Positions 27,301 to 41,109 of a stretch of 64,000 nt of DNA are shown piece after piece. A model generated the notes under the pieces. The model saw only the letters and a list, made by a program, of their open reading frames with translations, was not told the DNA's origin and did not search any database. Source of the stretch: Dicyema japonicum (Eukaryota; Animalia; Dicyemida). The stretch spans positions 154,248 to 218,247 of the forward strand of contig RDEW01000067.1 of the NCBI GenBank assembly GCA_011109175.1, read 5' to 3'. Within the stretch, counting starts at the first letter, position 1; each line of letters starts with the position of its first letter. The translations under genes and the position numbers were made by a program.

Positions 27301-29574
27301 TTGTAGACGCAAATGGGATTCTCTCCGAGAATCAGTTGGGAACTGTGCGAAATTGTCAGGGGGCAAAAGAGCAGGCTTTGATCAACAAATGCCTTTCTGT
27401 GTCTCACGGAAACTCACTTTTGTCTATGTGGGTGGATGTGAAGAAGGCTTACGATTCAGTTGATCATTCTTACCTTGTCGAGTGCCTACACAGTCTGTGT
27501 ATGCCTGTGTGGTTCATCAGCTTTGTAGTGGCTGTGATGAATAGGTGGAGTATTCATCTGAACTATAATAGGCACCGGATAGGCGAGGTAAAACTCAAGA
27601 GGGGGATCCTTCAGGGGATAGCATGTCTCCGCTACTCTTTGTTCTCTGTTTGGAGCCATTGAGTCGCCGCCTCAATGACCGGTTTGAGCAAATACCAGTT
27701 CATTGTGAAGGGGTCTGTTTCAGTACAAATCACCTTCTTTTTATCGATGACTTGAAGATGTATGCTCGAACAGCCGAGGAGCTCTACTCCATGGGGGTCT
27801 GTGCCAGGGAATTCTTTGAGAGTATAGGGCTAGATTTGAATTATTCAAAGTCTGCGACTAACACGCAAGTATGTAGCGAGTTAGTAAGAGTCCTAGAGGA
27901 ACACGAAGGATATAAGTATCTGGGTGTTACCGAATCTCCAAAGTCCCTTATAATGCCTGAGACAAAGCGACAAATTACTGAAGGCATCCGTAAAAGAGCA
28001 GCGTTATTGTGTAAGACGTCTCTAAATGCAAGGAATTTGTTCCTAGCATTAAATGAGTATGCTGTCTCGCTGCTAAACTACTACATAGGTGTTGTGGAGT
28101 TTGAGCCCAAAGAGTATGATGAGATGGATGTTATGATCCGTGGAGTACTCAGAGAGAACCATGTCCATGTGTTGGCAGCCAATAAGGAGAGACTATATTT
28201 ACCCCGTGATAAATTCGGCCGTGGACTGTGTGGAGTAGTCCAACTAAGTGAGCGTATCCTAATGCGAATGCACGACACCCTGATAGCTGGGTCAAGTGTG
28301 TCTGCTAGGAAGCACGCCATAATAACGACCGAGAAAACACGGGCAACCCACCTAGGCACTATCAGACCTTTTTTGTCTGCTAAGTATGGTGTTGATGATG
28401 GTGGGCTAGTAAATGTGAAGGCGTTGATCGAATTACAATATAATAATTTGATGGAAAAGATCAACTTAAAAAGCCTTCATAAGGTCCTCTTCAGAGCATT
28501 GGACAACCCACATGTCGACCTTAAGTCGTCGACAATATGGCTAAAATACGGTGACAACTCACCTCGATCGGAGGCGTTGTACACGTATATGCAAGACCGC
28601 AATATTTTTTGGGGTCGATCAACAAATACATGTCCCCACTGTAAGTCAAGGAGCATGTCGGTTGATCATTTAGCCACTCGATGTGGATCCATGCTCTGCC
28701 ACGACTATGTGTGGAGGCACAACGAGGTAGTAAGGAGTCTTCATCTTCTACTATGCAATAAGTATGGTATTCGCCACACCAGAAAGTTGCGGACTCATAA
28801 GGTGCAATCTGTAGTAGAGAACACCAGGGTCCAAATTAAGGTAGACAGTGTTATCCGTACCTCGGTGCTAGTCAAGCACAATAAACCGGACATTGTGGTA
28901 CACGATAAGGAGTCTGGCCAAGTCCTTATCATAGAGGTTGGCATCACGTCTCAAGACCGTTTGCAGACTGTGGAGGTGGAGAAAAAAAGGAAGTATGACT
29001 TTCTTGCAAACGAGATGGGGCAGATGCTTGGTTGCAAGGTCCTCGTTATTCCTATAGTAATGACGTGGGAAGGAATTGCAACAAAGTACCACAAGGGTTA
29101 TCTGAAGCAGTTGGGGGTAGATAGGAAGCTCCAGGCCTATCTACAGTCCACTGTGTTAAAGCGGACCCTAGAGAGCCTGACACTGGAGTATAGGAGGCAG
29201 AGCCCTGAGATGCCATATGGGCAGAGGGTTCAATTAGACAAAGCGCTCTCGGAGTTGTTTCAGCAACCAGAATCGAACCTGCCTGAGGAGGCTGGCGAAC
29301 AGGCAGGCGAGGAAGGTTGTTGATTAAATATATTAACTTTTTTATTGTTTGTTAAATAAAGTGGGGTGTTTTTTTTTAAAAACTAAGTATTTTGATACTG
29401 TACCCATTCTTCAATTTTATTTTTTCAATTTTTTCCAAAAAAGTGATTATTTTAACATAAAAAATACATATTTGTAATCCTTATCCAACAACGAACAAAA
29501 ATATATAATTATTTTTTTTAAATGATTAAAATCATTGACCATGTGTGGGCCGATACCACGTATGGGCCGTGACA
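24374..29574 (-). mobile_element. Ginger2/TDD-like transposon copy 2, interrupted by R4-B
   Basis: Same TIRs and TAATA TSD; ORF 25339-25581 carries VVDCFSKF...DNGKEF...QGQVKR. Confidence 0.8.
25949..29375 (+). mobile_element. Near-full-length R4-clade retrotransposon, family B
   Basis: ORFs 25949-27028, 27045-27662 and 27623-29323 are joined by 1-nt shifts. Motifs YRPITC, WVDVKKAYDSV, GILQG, LLFIDDLK, CPHC..DHLATRC, RHNEV, KPDI..IIEVG. Absent from Ginger copy 1. Confidence 0.92.
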
Positions 29575-30107
29575 TAATATTTATATAAAATCAAAATTTA
29601 GAATTTTTCTAACTCGGGGACCTAACTCGTTCTCCATACCTAAATTGGCCTTAACTCTTCAAAAAAAATTTTGAGTACGTTTTCTCAAATTTTTAAATTA
29701 TTTATAATTTTTCTCATCTATGATTGTTTCTTAATTTTTATATTTTTTCATTGGTTGAGGTGGTGACGACGTCTCTATTGCACTATGTCTTATTCGTATT
29801 CTTTACCGACTTCTCTGTTCACTCTTGGAACTTTTGATTGCAGAGGAATTAAACAACTTTAAAAGAAACAGCAACTGGCTTGCGATCTTTTAAAATACAA
29901 CATTTCTGTCTGCGGCCTACAAGAGACAAAAACGACTGTACATTGTACAGAACTGATTGACAAACTTCACCTTTTTACCGTATCATCGGACTGCCAAAAT
30001 TATGGTCTCGGATTTGCAGTCTATCAGGACCTGATCCACTGTGTTACAAAATTGTGGGCAGCTTCTGACCATGTCGCAGTGCTGCAAATCGGAAATAAAA
30101 TCTACTC

Positions 30108-31535
30108 AGTTATTCCCATTATGTATGCCTAATCTGTATAAACTATTGACAAAGTGTGTGATCAAAAAATTATCAGATTATATTAAATCATACAACTTTA
30201 TCATCGATAATCAACTGGGAACGCGGAGAATGTGCCAAGGTGCGAAAGAACAGGCTATCGTCAACAAGTGCGTAAATCAACAAATGGAAGCAGTTTGAAT
30301 TCCACTTGGATTGACGTCAAAAAAGCTTATGACTCGGTTGACCACCTGTTTCTCCACCAGTATTACAAAATTCTAGTCTTCCCTGCTGGATTGTCAGGTT
30401 TAATCAGGTACATATCACAAATGGACCCTCTAGTAGAATGCTGAACTGAAAATTTCCGAAAGTAACTATGGGAAGTCCGGTAAATGGGGAACCAACGTAT
30501 ACGACGAATCACCTACTATTTATGGATGATATAAATTGTTTTCTCGCCATAGTCACTCAATGGAAATGATGTTGGAGGTGGTTGAGTCGTTTTTTGATGC
30601 AGCCGGGTTGGAGAGAAACTTTGAAAAATCCGCAACAACCGTGAAGTTATTGTCCGAGAAAGCTCGTTTCCTCCATCGATTGAACGGATACCGATATCTT
30701 GGAGTTCTTGAAGATAAGAACAGTAATGTTCTTAAAGGAAAAATTATGGATAAAATCTATGAAGAAGCATCTAAGCGAATCAAAAATTTGACAAAGATGG
30801 ATTTAAACTCAGTGAACCTGTTTAAGGGGATGAACGAGTATGCATTCTACTATTACTATTACATTGGATTGTTTGAGCAGTCAGAATTTGAACAGATCGA
30901 TAAAAACACCCGCAGAATACTTATATAGCCACATACAAATGCAACCAGCAAAGAAAGACTTTATCTACCAAGAAATAAATTTGAGGAGTCTGTCAGTAAC
31001 AAAACAGAACGAATGCTCCTCCAATTTTATGGTGACTTGGAACGTAAGGCAAATTACTGCCTAAGAAGGTCGGGAATACTACGGGTCATTAATTCAAAGA
31101 AACACACATGGGCACTATCGTAGAATTCATTTCCCGAAAGTATAACATTGAAAGTGTGAATGACTTGACAATGTCGAAATTGATGGATATACAGCATGCA
31201 TATCTATTGGGAAAGTTGTCAAAAAAACGCTGAAATCTATTTTATTTCAGTGTTTGAAAGACACAGAAGTGAATATTGCTGAATCCTCTGGATGGCTAGT
31301 GCATGGAAATCACTCCTTATAACCGAGGGAAGGTCGTGTCTACTTCAGGATCGTAACATGTTTTTGATAACGGAGAAACTAAGTGCGGATATTGTAACTC
31401 AGCAAAGAAGACCGTCGATCACTTGCAACCTGGTGTGGGAGAATGCTGAAGAGCTCATATCTCAGGCGGCATAATGAAGTGATCAGATGTTTACACCTAC
31501 ATCTCTGCCGTCAATATGGAATAAGAAAAACTTAG
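30108..31535 (+). mobile_element. Internally deleted R4-clade family C fragment (unit 2)
   Basis: Duplicate of 11410-12842. Confidence 0.85.
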
Positions 31536-31934
31536 AGTCACACTAATTAATCCAAGGAAGGAACCCAAGGGAGAAAGTCTGCTTGTGTCTACCAAATTCA
31601 TTTTCCAGAGTCCATTACAGGCTCCCGTTTCCAAAGATAGATGAAGAAGTCATCGACATCACACATTCTTAGGCAGAAATGTTTTCGTGGTAATCTTCAC
31701 CAGTTGACTTAGTCAAGGAGACGGTAAGAGGATCCCATTAACAACTGTGCCGTGACAGAAGAATCTGGTAGACAAGAATTACCTTCGTCCAAAAGTCCAT
31801 CTTTTAGATTCGAACTCACCACAGTCGATCCGATGTCATCTGACATGTTCATCCAAGGCCTTTACGATATTTTTGGTCTTGATGTTTATTAAGCTATTTT
31901 TTACACAAAAATTGTAAACAATTAATTATTTTTA

Positions 31935-34900
31935 TTATGCTATTTAAGTTAACGCAATGTAACCATAATCTTCTACAGCTCCATGGGAATCGCTATAAAC
32001 ACGTATATTTCTGCCTTTCCTTTGATTCCTGGCAAAAGACTGAACTTCATTCCAATGTAGTTGCTCTCATATGGTCCTAGGATCATGATTAGTGGTTTTA
32101 ATTCCAGCAGATCTGGTCGTGTACAGCTCAACTTGAACGTTTTCTCCACAGAATAGGTATTTCGATAACTCACACGCTTAAATACGTCGGAAATTCCGCA
32201 TTTTTCCGCATCCAGCAAAACCTCAAAGACCTTTCCATATTATGGGATGCCAACCTTAGACACTGGCGGGGGAATAACCGTGGCATTGATGAACCAATAA
32301 TGAAGTAGCTGACTATTGCTCACATCAACAAGGCTTATGTAATACTTTCTCTTAGCGACAATCAAAGGTTTCAGACAGAGAGTGCATTCGGAAGTGCAAT
32401 CAGCCGAAAGGGTTGTGGGTGCGTCCTCGACTGAGACCTCAAACGGATGGGAGACAAAGAATTTAACGTTTCTCTTTGATTTTATATCCCCTTGTGGTCA
32501 ATGAAACGATTACTTGATTAGCTGTTGGGATTTAGTGACCTGTCCTAGACACACGTGAGATCTACTCGTTGACAGGCCTGAATGTATATTCCAATAGAAT
32601 GAAAAGGACTTGTCATGAACTTGTCCTCGTACACAAACACAACCACGTGTTTTATCGATGGGATTTCCCCAACCATCGTCTACACTAGTTATTTGGAATA
32701 CTTTGACAATTAGTTCCGTCGGGTATCTCCTTGTTTGCAGATCCAAACTCACCGAATCAGAGATTGAGCACTTCACGACCATGGTGGAAGGATTTCTGAA
32801 GTCTTCGTTCGTCGGGATTACGATATTTTTCTTGAACATTTCGTTTCCCGATCCCATAAATCTGAACACGTGGGTAATTGGACACGATTTTATTTCTACA
32901 GAGAGATTTACGACGAGAATTCGGTATTCGTCCGAAATGAAGTTTATCTGGAATATTTAAGAAGTTACCTTCGTCGTCTTAGTCAGTTGGGGGGTAGTTT
33001 CCTCCAAATTTGAATTTCCCTGTTGGTCGTCTTTAATTATCGAAACTATTTACCGGTGGGAATTTGGTCCCCTGAACCGACAAGGCTCGGTAGACGAACG
33101 GGACAAACACAGTCTCGTCTGAGGGAGAGGAACAAAATGGGACATTTTTTTCTCAGAGGAATAGCTAATAAAGTTCCGTTCAATGGCAGTCCGAATATTC
33201 AAAAGTGTCTTATAGTGATTCCACTCTTCGTAGTTCGTTAGAACAGAAAGACATGGATCGGCAAACTCTACTCTTATTAATTGCTTGTTTTTTTGTGAAA
33301 TTGTGGACTTCAACCTCGAAAAACTCAGCCTTCCCCACAGTAGTTGTGATGGCCTTTGTGAGTGAGATATTCGATTCCAGTGCATTCTGAATTTGTTCGT
33401 ATTTATTTTGACTTCTGTAGGCCTGGACAGTCGCAAGTCCCTCTGTCTGTTAAAGTAAGCGATCCAACCCCCTGAAATATACCCAAATCCTACAATCCCG
33501 ATACTATCAGACTCCAAGGTCCTGACCTTTTCCATTCTTTCCATTTTACGTTTCCTGACTGGGATCCATTATTGACTCTGACACGTGGCGATTGTCATGC
33601 CAATTCGTTCTTCTACTAGCGATTGGGTAAAGTAAGGAAACACGTATTCCCCGATTCTAAACGAAAGTAGAGAATAATACTGATAACTCCCCCAAAATCA
33701 AGCGATTTGCTCATGTTATCGGTTTTCTCGGTATTTTTTAGTTTCAGTTCGTTCAGGGCCAAAGGATGTCCAATATTTATGGTTTGCAGTATTAACTTTC
33801 CAATCGTGTTTGTCTCTTCCAGAGAACTGTCCACGTGGCTTATTATGTCCAACTGGGAGGAACATTCAACAGCCTCTTTCGACTGGCGGAGGAATACCTA
33901 AGATTCCTTAATGCTAAAACGTGGAGTGGCAGTTGACAAAACCCAATAAGCATGAGGGAAGTCGCGTCCCATATGTCAATGTGGAGGTAATGGGCCTTTA
34001 AGTATTTTATGAAATTCAATTTTTCCTCTCCCACATATTTAGAATCACACAAACACAGTCGATAGCCGGGGATCGACGTATTTTCGAGTTTAATCAGCGA
34101 AATTTGCTCTTCTCCCTTCATAAAATCAAGCAAAATTCTACAAATCAAGCATAACCGTACTTATCAGTTGTTACAAATTCCTGGTCGTAAAATTGGAAGG
34201 TAAAAAATATCGTCTTCAAGGAAGAAATGATTGAAAACGTGTCCCCCATTTTTGGGTTTCTAAAATTATGCGTTATTTACTTGGAGAAGGCCAAAAATCT
34301 AATTGATATTACGTTCCTTTGGAGAATATCTCCCATTTCAACCTCCTGGTCGAGGATCATGGATTTGGTTAGACTCACGGAGAAAGGAGAGTTTCCCTCT
34401 CTGTCAGTTATCGGGGGAAATCCGGCAGAATGGAGGACGGCGAGCTCATTTCTTGACGGTCCAACGAACTTTCCCCTACTCTCTCAGGCCATTGAATATA
34501 AAGGAGATGAATTCAAAGTCATCTTCCCAAATTTATCCAAAGAAATAGGAATTTCCTTCAAGTCGACTTCATCTACGAATTTTTCTTCCTTCGTCTTAAC
34601 CTTACTATTCAAATATACAGGAATCATTGATTGAGGTCGATTCTGTGGTGAAGTAGCAAGGATCTGGTCACTGAGATCGTATTCGAAGGTCAAATGTCCA
34701 ATAGTTTTGTTTTGATTTGATTTTCTGAAGAAAAAATCAAGGCTGAAATGGGATCCCACACGAATCTACAGTACTCACCTTAAGATTACTTGAGAACAGG
34801 GGACAAGTAGAGGCATCATTCGCAATTATCGGACTCCAAAGACTCCAAGCAGTTATCACAGATTTATATTCGGGTTTCTGGACTTGGTTAGGAACCTTCG

Positions 34901-36069
34901 TAACATTGGAATGACTACTTTGGGGGTGACTACCAACTTAAGATTATATTCCAGTTTAAAAGTCAGGACAACATCTTTGCTCACGAAGAAATTCTCCATG
35001 TATACTTTATTGTCTGAAACAAGAGAGATATGACTTATCATATTTTGAGTACCATTTTGAAGTTGTAACTTTTTTGGCTGGTCAATCAATCTCCAAGAAT
35101 TGAATAATTGCAGCTATATTCCACAAATTATAATACATAGAGATTAATGTCTTCGACAATGACTTCGATTTGCTGTTTATTTCTCGAATATTCGGAATCT
35201 TGAATTCCCTTGCGTAACTCGTCTTTGAGATTTTCGCTCAGAATTAGAGAAATGTTGAAAATTTTTAATTTTTGCGGCTTTTGGTTCTGAGTTACATTTT
35301 CTACAATCATAGACGGCACAAACTGGTCACTTTCAAACCTTTGATTTCCTCCGTTGACCCCACTAGGGTGTCCAGGGGAATTAAAGGTTCTATTTGGGGG
35401 ATAGATGTGCACGTGGATATATTGCAAACAGCGGAGTCTCTAGTTTTGGCTTTACTGAGCTGATCTTGTAGAACTGAATTTATCACAAAAACACTGATAC
35501 CTTCGGTTGACGACAGTAAACTCAAACATCTGGGAGATCCCCTGTATATTGACAACCTTGAATAGATAAAACCGTAAACGTTGATTGCCCGTTCATATTT
35601 TGGCAGAGATCCGACAGAGAAGCCGTAAACCACCCAACAGATCTCTCCAAAGAGGACTCGTGGGCAATGATCTCGATTACTATCCTTGTCGACAAATTCT
35701 TAAATCCCTGCTTTATCATTACGCCCTTTTTAAAATGATCCCCCATTTACTTGGTTATAGTTGACCTCTGTCGAGTTATTCGCTCTTACTGTCGGTCCCT
35801 TGTATGTTCTCCCTGTGAAGACTCCGAAAGTTGTGTCAAAAATGGAATAATTAAGGCTATATAGATTTGAAGAGTTATTCTAGACTTATAATATGGGAAA
35901 CCTTAGGAATTTGAAATTTATCGACTCGTATAATGAATATATCAGTATTTTTGCTGGTTGCATATAAATTGGAATCTTTGTATGATTGGGGGGTCTTGCG
36001 ACTTTGGCAAACTCTTAAATAGTCGTCAACATTCTGTGAGTATGCTTTTTCGTCAATTTGTGGCTTCAT
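31935..36069 (-). CDS. NPHP4: Nephrocystin-4 copy 2, more indel-damaged (possible pseudogene)
   Basis: Duplicate of 13243-17373 with extra indels, e.g. near the C-terminus (31945-32000) and at 33420-33630. Confidence 0.8.
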
Positions 36070-36677
36070 TATTTCTCGGTTGTTTCCAAGCAACAAATGA
36101 TTATTTATGAAATACAAATTCGATTATGTCGTGTGATCCACCATTTGCTTTATAATCGCCGGGTAAGTACAAAACACCTACTTTGGCTATCAAACCAACT
36201 TCTGACACAAGAGGTACAGCTAACGCAGACGGACCCATTGAAGGTCGCTGACAGCCAATCAAAAAGCACTAGAACACCTCACGGGGTTACAAATCAACCA
36301 ACTTCTGTATGTCTCACTTTGTCCTCTTTCCTTAGTGCAATAACATTATGATATGTCAGTTATGACTCAATAAGCGACCATAATCATATTTTACTGAAGT
36401 TAAAAAAATAAACCTTCGTTTGGAAAAGAGTCTCTTGGAATTACAACTACAAATGTGCCAACTGGAGTCTCTACATATTAACTACTGACAGCCTGCTGAG
36501 GTACCTATATCTACGTGGTTTCTCCTCCCTTGACAAAGTGGGGTCTATATCAACTGCACTGCCCCGGAATCAAAAGAGATTTCAGTACCAAACCTAGCTA
36601 CCACTTTGATCAGAGGTTTCAAAATGGGAGGCGCGAAAAGCTTATCAGAAATATTATTTTTGTAAAATTAGATCTAT

Positions 36678-37209
36678 AAGGTAGAGTGTTATCCGCACCT
36701 CGGTGCTAGTCAAGCACAATAAACCGGACATTGTGGTACACGATGAAGAGTCTAGCCAAGTCCTTATCATAGAAATTGGCATCACGTTACCAAGACCGTT
36801 TGCAGACTGTGGAGGTGGAGAAAAAGGAAGTATGACTTGCTTGCAAACGAGATGGGCAGATGCTTGGTTGCAAGGTCCTCGTTATTCCTATAGTAATGAC
36901 GTGGAAGGAATTGGAACAAAGTATCACAAGGGTTATCTGAAGCAGTTGGGAGTAGATAGGAAGCTCCAGGCCTATCTACAGTCACTGTGTTAAAGCGGAC
37001 CGTAGAGAGCCTGACACTGGAGTATAGGAGGCAGAGCCCGGAGTTGCCATATGGGCAGAGGGTTCAATTGGACAAGGCACTCTCGGAGTTGTTTTAGCAA
37101 CCAGAATCGAACCTGCCTGAGGAGGCTGGCGAACAGGCAGGCGAGGAAGGTTGTTGATTATTAAATATTAACTTTTTATTGTTGGTTAAATAAAGTGGCT
37201 TGGTTTTTT
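36678..37209 (+). mobile_element. 5'-truncated R4-B copy, unit 2
   Basis: Duplicate of 17981-18511. Confidence 0.9.
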
Positions 37210-37927
37210 TTAAATAATAATAGTTATTAATTAAAAATTATATTTTTTTAAATCAATTCAATTTAAATTAGTTCACAGCATGGATAAATTCTTGCCTCAG
37301 ATGCAATGCGATTTAAATATCGAATCGTTTATTAATGAATAATGAGCTACGAGTAGCACTCTCCTCAATAACACTGAGATTTAAAAAAAATGTGTCAAGA
37401 ATAAAAAAATATCTCTCCTGCGGACCTGGTGGATTCCATTATTTTACTGAAAAATCTATAAACATTTTTCATCGGATTCAAAAATAGAACGATCAACTCC
37501 CGTACATTTAACCACGTTGTCGGATTTTATCAGCAAAGGATTATCAAACAAACCGAGACATCTGAAAATTACTTTTTGTTTCGTGGATATTCACAAGGCG
37601 TTCGACTCCGTTCCAAGGACAAACTTAATTGGAAAATATTCAAATCCGAAACCTTAACTTAACTTGGTTTCCAAATCCCCTTTTAATAGAAAGGCGTGTT
37701 TGCTTTGAAGATTGGCATCACGACTTCTTCGAATCGTCCCCCAGATATCACCCCTATCCCCTTTATTATCAAACCAATTTACTGCCGATCTATCTTCTTA
37801 TCTCAGAAAATTAGAATAAAATATTATTAACTTAAGCAGATGACACTGTTCTGTCCACAAGTGTATTTAAAGTTTCCACATCAAGATAGCAACAACACCT
37901 TGACCATCTCAACGTTTGGTTAAAAAA

Positions 37928-38030
37928 CAGGGGTTCCCAACCTTTTATGGAGCACTTTCTATGTTAAAAATTCGATGTACCACTTCTCATCATACTTAAG
38001 GTTAAATCAAATTAATTCCAAAGACCACTG
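37928..38030. mobile_element. Possible tiny non-autonomous hAT (Buster-like) element
   Basis: Starts CAGGGGTTCCCAACC (Buster-type TIR, compare 42300-42313) and ends ...GACCACTG; TSD only partial. Confidence 0.35.
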
Positions 38031-38049
38031 TTAAACCGATAAAACTAAA

Positions 38050-40300
38050 CTAAGTGATCCCGACGAATTGATCAAGGCATTTTTTCTCGGTATAGATTCC
38101 TTGAGCCTACACAAGTTCGTTGCGGACTCGCACTTTCTTTTTGGCGTTGGTGTCCATTTTTGTCTTTTTCGATTAGTTTCTCCCTCCGTTAGTTTGAAGG
38201 CCCTTTTCTGGATGTTCGTATAATAGGTCAGTGGTCCTCATGAAGTACACGCATATGAATTGCATGGTTCGATGTACGGTGAGTAGAGCGTTTTAAGTAT
38301 AGGGTGATGTCCAATTTTTCATAGACCTGTTAGGAATTTCAGAATGTTGATTTTCTTCTCACATTTGTTCAGCACGCTAGTGACAAATCTCGAAAAGTTC
38401 ATGTGCGTATCGAAAGTCAGACCCAATATTTTTTGCCATTTGCTGAACGGCAATTCTCTTCCTTCCGCAGTAACTTCTATTGTCCTGTTCGACAATTTTC
38501 GTCCGAGGTATAGAGAGTTGTAACAGATTTTTCGATATTAACTGACATCCTATTTTCATTAAACCAATAGAGTAGTCGACCTATGTGGTGTTGTATTCTT
38601 TCCGTTGCTGTTTGGGTGTTCTGATCCCGTGAGACTAAGACGATATCGTCTGCGTAAGCCAGAAGCAGGTCGTCTTCTCCATTCGGCGTCGGAATGTCAG
38701 CCGTAAATAGATTGAATAGTAATGGTGATAGCGGCGAGCCTTGGGGTACTCCATTTTGGAATAAACGGGAGACAGAATTATTATTATTAAAAACCAAAAA
38801 TCACCGACAAATTAAATAACTACATAGCCGTCAGGTGATTAGCCGTGGAGACAGAACGAATGTTTCCAATGCACACTCTACCTCTGTCCGCTAAGTTCAT
38901 CAGCCAGAGTTTGAGGTTCTCAGGGATAGCTGATTAGTAGATTTTCCATGTTAGGTTCTTCCTCGGCACAAAGTCGAAAGCTTTGTTGTGTGGACGTCTA
39001 GTGAGCATAACACAGTTTTCTGGCGTCTTGGCTTGCACAAAAATCCAGAGCGAATAAAGTTAGTCAGGGATGTGAGGTAACTCGTTGTGGACCGATCCTT
39101 TTTGAAACCATGCTGGAATGGTTTATCGAGAGTCCTTTCAGTGATTTTTGCGAGAATATGCTATTCCAGAATTTTTGATATAGAGCATAAAAGAAAATTA
39201 GGCCTGAAGGAAGCTAGGTCTTCTTTCGGTTTTCCTGGCTTCAATACTGGGCGAATGTTTGCAAGTTTCCATATCGTTGGGATTGAGTTATAATTAATCG
39301 ACCAGTTGTAGATTTTGGTCAGGGTACTGATTCTTTCTCATTACCTAGGTTTTTCAGGAGAATTGTGGGAATTTTGTCTGGACCATGTGAATGTGTTACT
39401 TTTGTTTGGTTAGGAATGCAATTACCTCATTTTCAGTGAAATAAGTTAATTGATCCCTTTTCGGTTTTCTTAGCTGTGGTTTGGGTGAGTCAGTCCTCAT
39501 GTGGTTTTTTTGAGAAATTTTCGCGTAGTATTTTATTAGAGCGTTTAGGTCCTTTTGGCTGAATTCGTCATTTCAGGGTGTCCTCTCATCCACCTTCGAG
39601 ATATTTCGAAAAGTCTTCCAGACTTCGGATGTTCACCGGTTACGATTTAATAAAGTAAGGACCATCTTCCATTTAGCTCTCTGTATTTTGAATTTATCGG
39701 CTTTTATTTACTTGTTCAGCACTTTTAGACGGATCTTTGTTTCGGAGGAACGGATCCCTGCTTTTTTAAAACGGTTTCATTACTTGATCAGAGCCTTCCT
39801 TCCGTACTCTCTCGTGTAAACGACATATCTTTTAGGAACAGCCATTGTTCTTGCTTCCAGGATGACTTTGTTGACGTAGGCGACCACTATATCAAGGGAG
39901 GTAAAGTTTTCCAGCTGTATATTAGCCAAATGTTGATCCGTAACTGATCGGAATAATTGCCAATTTGCAAGATTGTATATGCAGGTTTTTTTTCCACTGG
40001 TAATTTCGCATTTGATTTTTAGCAGAATAGGTTGTGATCACTTCGGGTGTCGTAGATGACGGACCGATTAATCGTTGTTGAAAGCTGTGGTGAACGGAGT
40101 GTGATATCTGGGGAGGTTGGATTGTCAGAGTTCCTTGTGTTTTTTGATAGGTCATTGATGATTGTCAGATTGCCAGACTGCGTCAACAGCAAATTTCCTC
40201 TTGTATCTGAAGACTGATTTGAGCCAGAGAAGGTGTTTGGCATTCAATCGCCGCATATCACGACTTCGTTCCAAATCCAGTGCTGATAAGTCCGGCATAG
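38050..40300 (-). mobile_element. APE-type (Jockey/I-like) LINE: endonuclease, RT and C-terminus ending ...FVGIT*; degenerate
   Basis: ICGD..., SPDITL, SDH endonuclease motifs (39920-40270); GVPQGSPLSPLLFNLFTADIP, YADDIV. Confidence 0.88.
38778..38846 (-). mobile_element. 69-bp extremely 5'-truncated LINE insertion with (TAA)n tail and 10-bp TSD
   Basis: TSD GGAGACAGAA at 38768-38777 and 38847-38856; body matches 54238-54300; absent from the unit 1 copy (~19800). Confidence 0.85.
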
Positions 40301-40409
40301 TGTAATGTTAAATCAAATAAAAAAAATTTTACATTGTTTGTATATATTTAATTAATTTAATTAAATTATTTATCGTCTCTCTCAAGCTGCTGCCATTTGA
40401 CACGGCAAG

Positions 40410-41100
40410 TCCTTCATAACACTATTGGACTTCGCTGGAATGAGTCATTTGACGAAGCTTGTGGAAATGGAACGGGTCCGGACTCAAAATCCCCGAAGAC
40501 ACAACAAAGCAAAGTAATTGGGATAACATTGTCTGCTCCAAAATTTTGGAAGACCTTAAAAAAAATAAATCAACATTGTCTGGCTTGTTTGGTGTCAGCT
40601 TCAAGTAGAGAGAGTGGAGCATGGCTTGGTGCAATACCTTGCCCAAACCTCGGACCTTTTTGGACGACGATTCTTTGAGGATTGAAATCGGACAAAAGCT
40701 GAGACTAGACGTTTGCCAGGAGCACGATGCCGATGCGGGAAAACAGTCGATGCGAAAGGATTGCACCCGCTGTCCTGCAGAAGAAGCGCCGGAAGGGGAC
40801 CACGTCATGCTGCTCTGAACGATGTGATCGTCAGAGCTCTGAAGGCTACAGGCTTCCCAGCACAGCTTGAACCAGGGTCTTGATCGAGGAGATGGAAGAG
40901 ACCTGACGGGATGACCCTCTTCCCTTCACTTCTGGAAGATCTTTTGGTCTGGGACGCACTTGTGTAGACACGTTCTCAAGCACGAATATTTTCAAATCGG
41001 TTCAGACCTGGAGCAGCTGCTTTGACTGCGGAGAACCTAAAAATCAAGAAATATTCTAGCCTCGGGGATCGCTACCGATTTACTCCTGTTGCGACCGAAT
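40410..41100 (+). mobile_element. Degenerate CRE-clade retrotransposon C-terminal half
   Basis: [36 protein letters not shown]...KRPDGMT..P, WD..CVDT. Confidence 0.75.
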
Positions 41101-41109
41101 CATCGGCTA

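Larger units (their letters stand above)
20621..39689. repeat. Tandem segmental duplication, unit 2 (~19 kb)
   Basis: Junction at 20621 joins LINE sequence (ctgtatttt, = 39681-39689) to CRE sequence (tcgcaggcgc, = 1994). Confidence 0.9.
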
